Assembly (NCBI RefSeq): GCF_001194135.2 | Contig: NC_068996.1 | Location: 44,452,800 to 44,488,332 of the forward strand | Reading direction: 5' to 3' | DNA: 35,533 nt | Source of the DNA: Octopus bimaculoides | Taxonomy: Eukaryota | Part shown: positions 23,000-34,061 of the stretch, piece after piece | How positions within the stretch are numbered: the stretch's first letter is position 1 | How the letters are laid out: each line of letters starts with the position of its first letter | The notes under the pieces: generated by a model | Database searches by the model: none | Told to the model about the DNA's origin: nothing | Seen by the model: only the letters and a program-made list of their open reading frames with translations | Program-made: the position numbers and the translations under genes

Positions 23000-23462
23000 C
23001 GCAGGCATACATGTGGCAGTATGGTCAGAAGTTTGCTTCCCAACCACATGATTCAAGGTTCAATTCTACTGTGCGGCACCTTGGGCAAGTGCCTTTTACT
23101 ATAGTCTCGCGCCAACCAGTCTTGTGAGTGGATTTAGTTGACAGAAACTGAGAGAAGCATGTCGTCTATATATGTGTCTGTATGTGTGTGTGTGTGTATG
23201 TGTGTGCGTGTGCATGCGTTTGTGTGTGTGTGTGTGTGTGTGTGTCTGTGTCTGTGTGTATGGGTGGTTGCGATTGTGTGTGCGTGCGTGTGTTTGTTTC
23301 CCATCATGTGTTCGTGTGTTTACGTCCCTCGTTACTTAGCGGTTCGATAAAAGAGGCGATAGAGTAAATTCTACTGCGGTAGATTTGTTCAACTAAAATT
23401 CTATAAGACGATGCTCCAGGAAGGCCGCAGACTAATAACAGAAACAAGCAACAGATAAAAGA
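23000..23462 (+). mobile_element. SINE family B, decayed full-length copy
   Basis: GCACCTTGGGCAAGTG motif, internal TG array, 3' GGCCGCAGACTAAT..AGATAAAAGA. Confidence 0.8.
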
Positions 23463-23559
23463 CATACATATAAATGGATGTCGGTATGAATTTATGGTAA
23501 CGAGCAGTCTTGGCGTTCATATTAAGTCCTATGAATTCACCTGTAAGCGGCTGAGTATT

Positions 23560-23810
23560 CTGCAGACACGCAACCTTAACGTAATTCTGAGGGGGAGCCA
23601 TCGAGACATAGCGTGACAAATTTGGAACTTTGAAATGCAAGTACAATTCACCGACGGGGCTTCTATACAGTTTCCGTTTACCCGTTTCCACTCATTGTAG
23701 TCTAGGGTCGATCCCAAGCTGTAGAAAATGATACCTGCAAACATGCTCGCAGTAGGCTCGAAATCAGGACTTTCGTAGTTACGAACGAACTTCTTAATCA
23801 TTTGGTCATA
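23560..23810 (-). mobile_element. Decayed SINE fragments (family A middle, then family B head)
   Basis: CAGACACGCAACCTTAACGTAATTCT resembles the family A body, and CTTCTATACAGTTTCCGTTTACC..CAGTAGGCTCGAA resembles the family B head in reverse. Confidence 0.55.
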
Positions 23811-24576
23811 CTGTTCTGCATGTGCGTGTGTGTGTGTATGTGTGTGTGTGTGTGCGCGCGCGCGTGCATTTTATTTGAAGTCTTTATTTGAAATCTTTCT
23901 GCGTTTCCAACAAAGATACAAAGCTTCATCTTTGGAATGTCACTTGATCACGTGACTGACCAGGATATCAGATGTTACGTATACATGTACATCTACATAT
24001 ACGCATACATGTACGTAAGTATGTAAGTACATATGTATCTATATATGTATGTATATATGTATGTACGCACGCACGTACGTACGTATATATGTCTGTCTGT
24101 CAGTATTATTCTATGCAGTTTTTGGATCAATCTAAAATGATAAGTAGAATCTTAAAAATTCCAATTTTAATAAACTTTAATGAAAATGGCAATATTGTTT
24201 TTAATTTTGAATACGATCTCTACTCAAATCCCACACCTCACCCTCAACAGCTTTCATTCAATGCAATCATTTTCTCTTTTATTTGTTATCGCAGCTTTAA
24301 AACCTACATTCATTTCTTTGTTACGCCCGTCCGCGAATCAAACTTCCGCTGTCATGACGATAATGCTTATAGCAATCATAATTTTAAAGGAATGAAAGAA
24401 ATATTGTTCACGTATAGCAAGGATAGCAAATGAAAGTACTTTCACATTTAGCTTTTTATGTGTTATTTCATTATCTATTTTCTTTCTCATTTTATGTTTC
24501 ACTATTTTATCCATTTTGATGTTATAAATAAATCTAGTGTTTATAAAAGAACTAATTCAATAATGTAATACTGAAA

Positions 24577-25014
24577 GGCATCGAACTGGCAGAAACGGTA
24601 GCACGCCAGGCGAAATGCCTAGCGGTATTTCGTCTGTCTTTACGTTCTGAGTTCAAATTCCGCCGAGTTCGACTTTGCCTCTCATCCTTTTGGGATCGAT
24701 TAAATAAGTACCAGTTACGCACTGAGGTAGATATAATCGACTTAATCCGTTTGTCTGTCCTTGTTTGTCCCCTCTGTGTTTAGCCCCTTGTGGGCAATAA
24801 AGAAATAAGAAACGTTAGCACGCCGGGCGAAATGCTTAGCGGTATTTCACCTGTCTTTACGTTCTGAGTTCAAATTCCGTCGAGGTCGACTTTGCCTTTC
24901 ATACTTTTGGGGTGGATAAATTAAGTACCAGTTGTATACTAGACTAGGGTCGATCTAATCGACTGCCTCCCCACCTCCACAAAAATTTCGGGCCTTGTGC
25001 CTGGAGTAGAAAAG
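24577..25014 (+). mobile_element. Dimeric tRNA-derived SINE, family D (Meta-like central domain), with 18-bp target duplication
   Basis: Two tandem monomers (AGAAACGKTAGCACGCCRGGCGAAATG..GAGTTCAAATTCCG..GTCGACTTTGCCTTTCAT..GATAAATTAAGTACCAG). TSD AATAATGTAATACTGAAA at 24559-24576 and 25015-25032. The Meta-domain assignment is from memory of the GACTYWGCCTTYCATCCTTYCGGGGTCGATAAA motif. Confidence 0.85.
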
Positions 25015-25335
25015 AATAATGTAATACTGAAAAATAGTAGTGTTTACTACATATTAACAGTTCGAATGAATAATATGTTAAATTGTGCAAAACAGACAAA
25101 AAAAAAAAAAAAATTAATGACAGAGCCACTCGGTGACTGCTGTTTCTTCAATGGTTAATAAAGATTTTTGGCCTTGAGACCAAATTGTGAATTTAACTTA
25201 TTTCAAGTGCTTCTTATGTCAAAAGCAAACAAATGTGGAGTCAGAACACATATGAACCAAATTAAATGCTATAAATCTCTTGGTATATTGTTTCTGAGAG
25301 TTCGTGAGAACTAAGAATGAAGATACTGCGGAACA

Positions 25336-25336
<1 letters not shown>

Positions 25337-25400
<64 letters not shown>
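25337..25400. repeat. (CTA)n(CTG)n microsatellite
   Basis: Direct. Confidence 0.95.
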
Positions 25401-25542
25401 ACCACCTTATGGAGTACACTAGATGCTTTTTATGTGGTACCACATATAACTTACAAGATAATGAGCCCTCAACAGAGAAGCGTGGAGTAATATTGAAGGA
25501 GGTAGCTTTGTAAAATAGAGGGTCATACATATGTTTAGATAA

Positions 25543-26118
25543 ACATATATACATATAAACACGCACATGTGTTTCGATGTATGCAGTCAAAATAAATCCG
25601 ACAGGATGAATAATTTTAGAAATAATACATTTCTAAATCTCTCAGAGAGAGTTATGCAGTAGTGATACGATGAAGTAGTTGTATGCTGTCAACTTAATGT
25701 GACAGTCCCCTGAGGGGAATAATACTACTGTTGGTTAGACCTAGGAAGCTGCACTGCTTCTTGTCGGCCTTGACACGTTTCCTGTGTCCTTATGTTTACA
25801 AGGGGAAGACAAAAAAATCTGGATGCAGGCATAGCTGGGTGGAGGTGCTTGTCTCCCCCTCGTAAACATAAGGACACAGGAAATGTGTCAAGGCCGACAA
25901 GAAGCAGTGCAGCTTCCTAGGTCTAACCAACAGTAGTATTATTCCCTTCGTGGGACTGTCACATTGAGTTGACAGCATACAGCTACTTCATCGTATCACT
26001 ACTGCATAAATCTCTGTGTGAGATTGAGAAATGTATAATTTCTAAAATTATTCATCCTGTCGGATTTATTTTGACTGCATACATCGAAACACATGTGTGT
26101 GTTTATATGTATATATGT
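25543..26118. mobile_element. Foldback/MITE-like element: 270-bp inverted arms, 36-bp spacer
   Basis: Arms 25543-25812 and 25849-26118 align without indels, with 14 mismatches counted by eye (about 95%). No clear TSD. Confidence 0.8.
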
Positions 26119-26124
26119 AATATT

Positions 26125-28560
26125 AGTAATATTACAACTACTTCAGGATAAATAATGTGGAACAATGCATCGTTCAACCTTAAGAAATAAACGTCTAAGA
26201 TATCTACATGATATTACCAAAGAAATAAACAGCACGGAAGGCTCCCTTGTTCAATCGGATAAAACTGGTAACTTGTATCACTCAAACAAGGATTTTTACC
26301 CAAAACTGCTCAGGAAGGAAATACAAAAAATATACAAGACTACTAGTAAAACCGCTATCAGAAAGGCTAACGTAGAGGCTAAGAAAGTTATGGAAAAATA
26401 TAACTTACAAATGAAAACGGAGCCTTTAACTCAAAAGCAACCCCGTTTTATCTTAAAGGATCACAAGCCTAACTTCTTCAGTAACAAACCTAACTTCTTC
26501 AGCTGCCCTTCCAGCTCGGATATCGATATACTTAGCAGAAATATTCTTGAGAAGTACATTCCTTCGTTAACTAAAATACTTAAATTTAATTTATGGTCTA
26601 ACTCGTTCCAGGCTGTGGATTGGTTCAACTCTATCGATAACAAATAAAAAAATTAAGTTATGCAGTTCGATATCTGCAGTTATTATTCATCTATTAATCC
26701 CATCATCCTTAATAACGCCCTATGGTTGGCACATGATAAAGCTGGTCTCACCCTGGATAAAATTAATGTTGTTCTAGCAGCTAGAAAATGTATTATCAAA
26801 TTTGATAACAAATTTTGGATTTGTAAAGATCGATCCGACTGCTATGGGTAGTATCGATTCCGCTCAAATAGCTGATTTGGTCGGTATTGATATTCTATCA
26901 GAAATGGCCGACCAATTTCCATATATTCTCGGTGGTTTATATCGCGACGACTTCCTCCTTTACCTCTAAAATATCTCTAGTCAAAAATTACAAAAAGTTA
27001 TACGCAATCATGTCAAATTCTTTAGTAATATGGGTCTAAGTATTACCTTAGATGATGATAGAACTAAGGCTAACTTCCTTGATCTTGCCCTCACCTTAAA
27101 TACAGCCTTATATTTCCCATACCATAAACCTTCAACCAAGCTGAAATACATTTTTAGTAACCACTCTACCAATATAACAAAAATTTGGTTAAAAACATAT
27201 CGCTTAGAATCTTTGAATTATCCGCCAAATAAACCGTTTTCAATAAAAACGTTGATTTCTATAATTCAGCCTTATAGAAACAAAAGCAGGATATAAGGAA
27301 CAAATTAAATCTTATAACCATCTTGTCCCTAACTCTTCCTCTAAAAATCTAGATGATAGTAATTATGCTATTGATAATAATAGTAGTAATAATAACAATA
27401 ATGATACTAATGACAATAATAATAGCAATAATATTATAAATAGTAATACTCACATTGTTCCTCCCGTAGACAATAATCTGAATAATATCCCATTACATCA
27501 AAATAGTCGCAATCCTTACCTTCGGAATTTTAAAAACAAACAGTCAAAGTGAAGTAACTATATTTCCCCACCCTTTTTCTGTTCTTAAAAAACCCCCCAC
27601 AAATGTTCCCATAAATCGCGTAAATTTAGTAAAAATATCATGTTGTTTGTTCCATACGCAAAAGAAGTTTAAATCAACCTATTTCCCCACCTATTTCTTC
27701 AAGCTATCGAAAGGAACTTCCCCATAAATTCCAGGTACCACTCAATTTTCAACACCCACTGTATCAGAAGTGGCCTCTCCAACACCAGTAACCTCCTGCA
27801 GATTATATTATCGCATAACAACTATATTCTTAAAGGTAATAAAATATCTCTTAATATCTGTAATAACATTAATTATATTAACGATAATCTCTCTTTGAAT
27901 AATAATATCAATGATATTACTCCTTACAACTGTGACCCGAATAAAACTTGCGTCCGCAATGGAAATTACCGTATTAAAAATGTTCACCAATGCAAAATTA
28001 CTCTGGATCTAAAGAACTTTTTTTAATGTTGGATTGTCTTCTACGGAGTTGAAATGCCGTATCGCGAACCATCGTTCCACTTTTAAATACAGGCATAAGC
28101 GTAATTCTACAGGACTTAATAATCTAATTTGACACCTTAAAAACTCTAATAAACATTTCTCTTTAGATTGCAAAATTTTATCAATATCTTTTTCCTATGA
28201 CAAAGGGAAATCTTTCTGTCCTATTTTCTTTTCTAAACAAAATCTGGTCAACACCTTTAACGAACGTGTTCACAGGTGTTTGCACTGGAAAAAAACACTC
28301 TTTTACCTTTTTCAAATAATATCTACTCCTCACCTAATAATAATTTCTGCAACTTATCTTTATTCTTTATTCTTACTTCTCATACCCACTATTCTTCCCT
28401 TAATCTTTTCTTTCCATCTATCATCTATTCTCTATTTGCTCGTACCTCCTTTCTTCTTTAAACTTTGTTCTTTCGTTTGTTCTTTCTTTTTCTATACCTT
28501 CTCTTCTTCCCTCATCCTATGACGTCTGTTTCTTCAAAGGCATTTTAAAAATTACTAGCG
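26125..28560 (+). mobile_element. Penelope-like retroelement (RT plus C-terminal GIY-YIG endonuclease), pseudogenised
   Basis: SDKTGNLY..ILKDHKPNF..WSNS.QAVDWF (26165-26647); MQFDICSYYSSI..AARK; MGSIDSAQIADLVG..GGLYRDD (YRDD at 26940-26951); NFLDLAL..YFPYHKP. GIY-YIG at about 27930-28317: HQCKI..VGLSSTELKCRIANHRSTFKYRHKRNSTGL..WKIL-like..RCLH. T-rich 3' UTR. Multiple stops and frameshifts. Confidence 0.9.
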
Positions 28561-29571
28561 TTCGCTTTACAACTTTGCTTTCAATATATGTATATGCGTG
28601 TATGTTTGTAGGTGTTCCTGTGTGTATATGCATGTATGTTTATATATGTGTGCATGTGTGCATGTGTATAAGTATGTGTGTGTATATGTATGTATGTATA
28701 TGTGTATATATGTTTAGGAATATATGTATAAGCTTATGCGTGTGTATGCGTATGTGTATGTATATGTGTGTTTATATGCGTGTATACCTATATATATATA
28801 TATATANNNNNNNNNNNNNNNNNNNNNNNNNNNNNNNNNNNNNNNNNNNNNNNNNNNNNNNNNNNNNNNNNNNNNNNNNNNNNNNNNNNNNNNNNNNNNN
28901 NNNNNNNNNNNNNNNNNNNNNNNNNNNNNNNNNNNNNNNNNNNNNNNNNNNNNNNNNNNNNNNNNNNNNNNNNNNNNNNNNNNNNNNNNNNNNNNNNNNN
29001 NNNNNNNNNNNNNNNNNNNNNNNNNNNNNNNNNNNNNNNNNNNNNNNNNNNNNNNNNNNNNNNNNNNNNNNNNNNNNNNNNNNNNNNNNNNNNNNNNNNN
29101 NNNNNNNNNNNNNNNNNNNNNNNNNNNNNNNNNNNNNNNNNNNNNNNNNNNNNNNNNNNNNNNNNNNNNNNNNNNNNNNNNNNNNNNNNNNNNNNNNNNN
29201 NNNNNNNNNNNNNNNNNNNNNNNNNNNNNNNNNNNNNNNNNNNNNNNNNNNNNNNNNNNNNNNNNNNNNNNNNNNNNNNNNNNNNNNNNNNNNNNNNNNN
29301 NNNNNNNNNNNNNNNNNNNNNNNNNNNNNNNNNNNNNNNNNNNNNNNNNNNNNNNNNNNNNNNNNNNNNNNNNNNNNNNNNNNNNNNNNNNNNNNNNNNN
29401 NNNNNNNNNNNNNNNNNNNNNNNNNNNNNNNNNNNNNNNNNNNNNNNNNNNNNNNNNNNNNNNNNNNNNNNNNNNNNNNNNNNNNNNNNNNNNNNNNNNN
29501 NNNNNNNNNNNNNNNNNNNNNNNNNNNNNNNNNNNNNNNNNNNNNNNNNNATATATATATATATATGCATG

Positions 29572-29607
<36 letters not shown>

Positions 29608-29912
29608 TGTATGTATGTATGTATGTATGTGTGTATGTGTATTTTTTCAATGTGTATAAATAACACTGAAAAAATAAATAAATAGTTACCAGAGTAGTAA
29701 AAATTCACATAAGTACCAAGGGTGTAACAGCCTATTTACAAAGATAGAAATTCCTGGGTTTAGTGAAATGTTTTGGTATTACATCTATAAATAAATAAAT
29801 GGAGTTAAACACAGGTGCGTTTAACTCCATTTATACATACATACATATATATATATATATATTGGCTGATAGTTAGCAAGGTGAGACACACATAAGAAAG
29901 AAGGAAACAAAG

Positions 29913-29956
29913 GACCACTGATGAGATCACAGAAGTGTGACGAAAGAACTCTGGCC
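29913..29956 (+). ncRNA. Minimal hammerhead ribozyme-like motif in a short orphan segment between (TA)n tracts
   Basis: GACCA-CUGAUGA-G(A)UCACA-GAAG-UGUGAC-GAAA-G-AA-C-UC-UGGCC. Core intact, stem II has one bulge, 2-bp stem III, CUC triplet, stem I 4/5 paired. Confidence 0.55.
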
Positions 29957-30060
29957 GAAATAAGATTAAGATTAATGTAATATAAAGCTGAAGCAAATTA
30001 ACACTAAATATACAGTGCGTGTGTAAACTGGCTAAACTGGCAATATGACCATCCCCAAGT

Positions 30061-30100
<40 letters not shown>

Positions 30101-30544
30101 GCACACATATATAACAAATGGGGAGGCGTATTTCCACGCAGGAAAAAATATATAGGCANNNNNNNNNNNNNNNNNNNNNNNNNNNNNNNNNNNNNNNNNN
30201 NNNNNNNNNNNNNNNNNNNNNNNNNNNNNNNNNNNNNNNNNNNNNNNNNNNNNNNNNNAAAATTATGAATTAGAAAAACATGTTTAAAAGTTTAGCACTG
30301 TGCTTCACACGTCTTCGAGGCATTTTTCAGTTTCTGCCGGAGTAAGAAATTTCAGTCTCCTGTATAAGCGAGAAAAGAATTATACAGAATGGGTTTTCGT
30401 TCAGAGTTAACATACTTCCACCTCCTTATGTGAGATTAACTACTGATTTTTACAATATCCCTTTAGTACCGGAGCTCCTTACCTTTAAGAAGTTACACTG
30501 AAATGTAGGTCAACGGCTAACAGACTTCGAAAACAATAAAGAGT

Positions 30545-30800
30545 TGTTGTGGATTTTTATGCTGCAATTGTTGTTCTTGTTTCTACTGCAGTGGCTGATG
30601 TTGCTTTTGTTGACTTCATTCTTGATGCTGTCTTTGCTTTGGTTCTTCTTGTTGCTGTTGTTGATGATGTTTTGTTGTTGTTTATCACGTTCTTGCTTTT
30701 TCTGCTACTGCTGCTGCTACTACTTTATTTAAATATATTGTCGTTACTGTTGCTATTGTTAGCCCTGTTGTAGTTGTTTTTGTTGTTGTCGTTGTTACTG
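30545..30800. repeat. Degenerate (GTT/GCT)n low-complexity tract
   Basis: Direct. Confidence 0.8.
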
Positions 30801-30975
30801 TTCCTACTTGAATTTTTGCAGGTGTTTCCGTCGTCATAACAAGACGATACTTCGCTACTGAGATTCGATAAATTTGTTCCAGCTCCAACTTGTTTGCATT
30901 TGACGTCATGTTCCGTTGTCACGGTTACATTGGCACTCGGAACTGTGTCGACGGAACGCTTTCCGCCATCAATTA

Positions 30976-33159
30976 CACTAGTTTACAAAAAAATTGTTTT
31001 TTGCTCTGAGGCAAGGATGTGAATAGGTGTGTTTTTTTTTTTTTATTAATTTTGATGTTGTGAATTCAATTTTCTGAATAGTTTTGCTCTATCACCTCTA
31101 GATTTTTTTTTTGCTTTCGCATATCCCATTTTAATTACACTGCATATAAATTCAAAAACATAATGTGTTTATTTCATTTGTTACAAAGGCATATTACAGA
31201 AAAAACAAAACAGCGTAGATATAGAACGTTGATGGAAATAAATTACTTGGATAATACAATACACACAAATCATAATGCAGCAGACAGAAGTGAGTTTTTT
31301 TAAAACGATATTATGTACTTTGCCTACGGGATGTCACGCAAGAGCTTCCAGCAAAAGTTCTCCATCATGCTGGGGTTCCACTTGCCTTGGTAGTTGCTCT
31401 CCATCTTAGCAATATCTTGATGGAGCCGTTCTCCATGCTCATCACTCACTGTTCCGAGCTTTGGAAGGAAGAAGTTGAGGTGGGAGTGGTGAAAGTGAAT
31501 TCTGAGTGACATCCGGCATCCCATATCCTCATAAGGCTGTAACAACTTCTCTATGCACACTTGGTAATGTAGTACCCGTGTGTTACCAAGGACGCCATGG
31601 CAGACTAACTTAAATGCTTCCCAAGCTCTCAGTTCCTTTAAGATAAGAAGCCCCTCAAAGTACTTATCCTTCAGCTCCTCTCGAATCTGAGGTCCGACGA
31701 TGATGCCCTCCTTGAGCTTAGGAGAACTCAGAGCTTAGGGAACAAAGTGCACAAGTGTTGAAAGGCAGCACCATTTTTGTCCATTGCCTTCTAAACAAAG
31801 CTTGATATGAAGAGGAGGAAGAAGCACCTTGTTCATGTTCACCAGAGGATTTTCTTGGACACTATGTTCACCAGGTACGAAAGTACTTCTAGATCCCCAG
31901 TCCTTCTGCTTGTAGTGCTTGGACACAGCCCGACTGTCCCTGAGACAGAGAAAGCAACAGTACTTTGTGAAGCTCACTTGCACGCCTATAAGAAGCCCAA
32001 TGACCTTGAGGTCCCCGCAGAGACCCCACTGGTACTGGTTGTACTTGACACCTTCCAAAAGGAGCGCCATATCGTCATACGACTCCATCAGATGGATTGA
32101 GTAAGCAATAGAATTCTGAGGTATTTATTACTATTGTGCAGGAGTACAGCCTTCAAACTTCGCTTGGAAGAGTCTATGAAAAGACGCCAGTCTGAGGGCT
32201 TGTGTGGGAAATCAAGGAAGTTGAACAAGCCAGAGACATTTGTGCAATAGCACAACCTGTTTTTCATGACGGAGAATGAAGCAAAGTCCTGGTTTGATGT
32301 CCTGAAACTGGTGATACTTACACCTGCTTAAACCAGGATGCCAGGAGCTCTGATCGCTGCTTAGATAGATACAAATCATGGACAAGGTCATTCAGGTCTT
32401 CCTGCGTGATCCAGTGGAACTCATTGCCACCTGCTCCTGAATAAACAGAGACATTGTCTTCAGAAGAGACCGACTTGGCAGAATCTTCTCCTGAAGGCAC
32501 TTCTTCATCTGATGAAGGGATAGGATCCTTATTTGCTATGGTTTTAGGGACAGGGAGATTACCTGAGTGGAAAACAGGCCTCATAGCTGAGGGAAGGTTG
32601 GGATGTTTGATCTTTTTTTCTAGAAGAAGCATTGAAACCTGTTATATTTGTTAAACAAAAATAACAATCATTTGCATGGTTTCGTGGCTCTCTCCAGACC
32701 ATCGGGGCAGCAAAGTTGAAGGTTGCCTTCTTTCTGTTAAACCATGCAGTTAGTACATTGTAGCAGGGTTTACAATAGATGTGTGGGGCCCAGGATTTGT
32801 ACTGATCTCCAATTTTACAGTCAAAATAATGAAAGTAAGTGGTTCTTAGGATGAAGGTAATTGTTCGGCATTGTGCAACTGTCGTAACAGAATGAATTTG
32901 CCTCGTTGATGCATCCTCGGTGTTTTGAAGTGCCTAAAGCCATTGTAGAGATATGTATCACATGTATCACAAAAAGCTGGAAAACAAAATAAAATCTGAT
33001 CATATATATGTTTACATGAATTGTCGCAAAATCATAATAATGTATATCTGAAAACTAAAGTTGACGAGTGAAAACTGGTTTTGTATCTGTAATCAGCACC
33101 CCAAAATTAGGCTGGAACAATTATTTTTATGTTGGCCTCAATTTCTCTGTAAACTAGTG
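30976..33159 (-). mobile_element. Chapaev3-type DNA transposon, complete boundaries, decayed transposase
   Basis: TIRs CACTAGTTTACAAAAAAATTG (30976-30996) and CAATTTCTCTGTAAACTAGTG (33139-33159), 19/21 match. 3-bp TTA duplication at 30973-30975 and 33160-33162. Confidence 0.85.
31324..32943 (-). pseudogene. Chapaev3-family transposase pseudogene
   Basis: Fragments in several frames: MALG..CINEANSFCY; CKIGDQYKSWAPHIYCKPC..MVWREPRNHANDCYFC; HPNLPSAMRPV; LNDLVHDLYLSKQRSELLAS; CGDLKVIGLL..TKYCCFLC..LPPLHIKL; MSLRIHFHHSHLNFF..LGTVSDEHGERLHQDI..YQGKWNPSMM. Confidence 0.85.
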
Positions 33160-33666
33160 TTATTATTACTGATTGTATCATGTTACGATATTATTTTATA
33201 TCATAAGGAAATTCAAAATAAATACCACTGTTTTGCATCCCCAAGAGAGGGTACAATTAAGTATCCGCGATCCACACAATGTCAGGAACAAAATTATCAC
33301 AAAATTATCAATCATTGAATACGCCTTAACCAACCGAAAAGATTGATAAATCTCTCAAAACTTACAGCGCCCTAAGAAGCTGCAGTATCACAATATGGTG
33401 ACTATATCAATAATAATAATAATGATTTCTTTTATGTGCCAACAGGGCGATGGATGAGGTGGGGGTGTAATACAAAGACAAACATAAACTGTAGTGATTT
33501 ACATAAAATGGAATAATATAAAAATAGAACTAAAAGTTATATACGGTGTACAGTAAAAATAGAATAAATCTAATACACACCGGAAAAACAGTGTGATAGT
33601 GATGTCCTCCTGAGACAGGAGGACGAATCTCACTATCCCAGATCTCATTGTAGCAGTAGTAGTATT

Positions 33667-33882
33667 ATGTATGTATGTATGTACGTGTGTGTATGTATGT
33701 ATGTATGTATGTATGTATGTATGTGTGTACGTATGTACGTATGTATGTACGTATGTACGTATGTATGTAAGTATGTATGTATGTATGTACGTATGTACGT
33801 ATGTATATATGTATGCATGTGTGTGTGAGTGTATGTATGTATATATGTATGTATGTATGTATGTATATGTATGTATGTATGT
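33667..33882. repeat. (TATG/TACG)n microsatellite
   Basis: Direct. Confidence 0.95.
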
Positions 33883-34061
33883 ACTGGATGTGCTTCGGTA
33901 CGCAAAAAGTAAGTTTTTTGTTGAGTTGTTTTATTCATTTGAAGTTGGTAACCATTTCGTTAAATAAGGATCCCTACTTCATGGTGTGAAAATGGGACAC
34001 AATAAGACTGGGTACTAAAGGGCTCTTTACATAGATAAATTTCACCGTATTGTAAATTCTA

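Noticed and set aside
28127-28135. In-frame TGA in the Penelope GIY-YIG region as possible selenocysteine recoding
   Set aside because: It falls at a position where Trp is expected (TGG to TGA) in a copy with many other lesions, and I see no SECIS.
28515-28560. Expected hammerhead at the 3' end of the large Penelope element
   Set aside because: CCTATGACG.. cannot be folded into a core with GAAA; too decayed to call.
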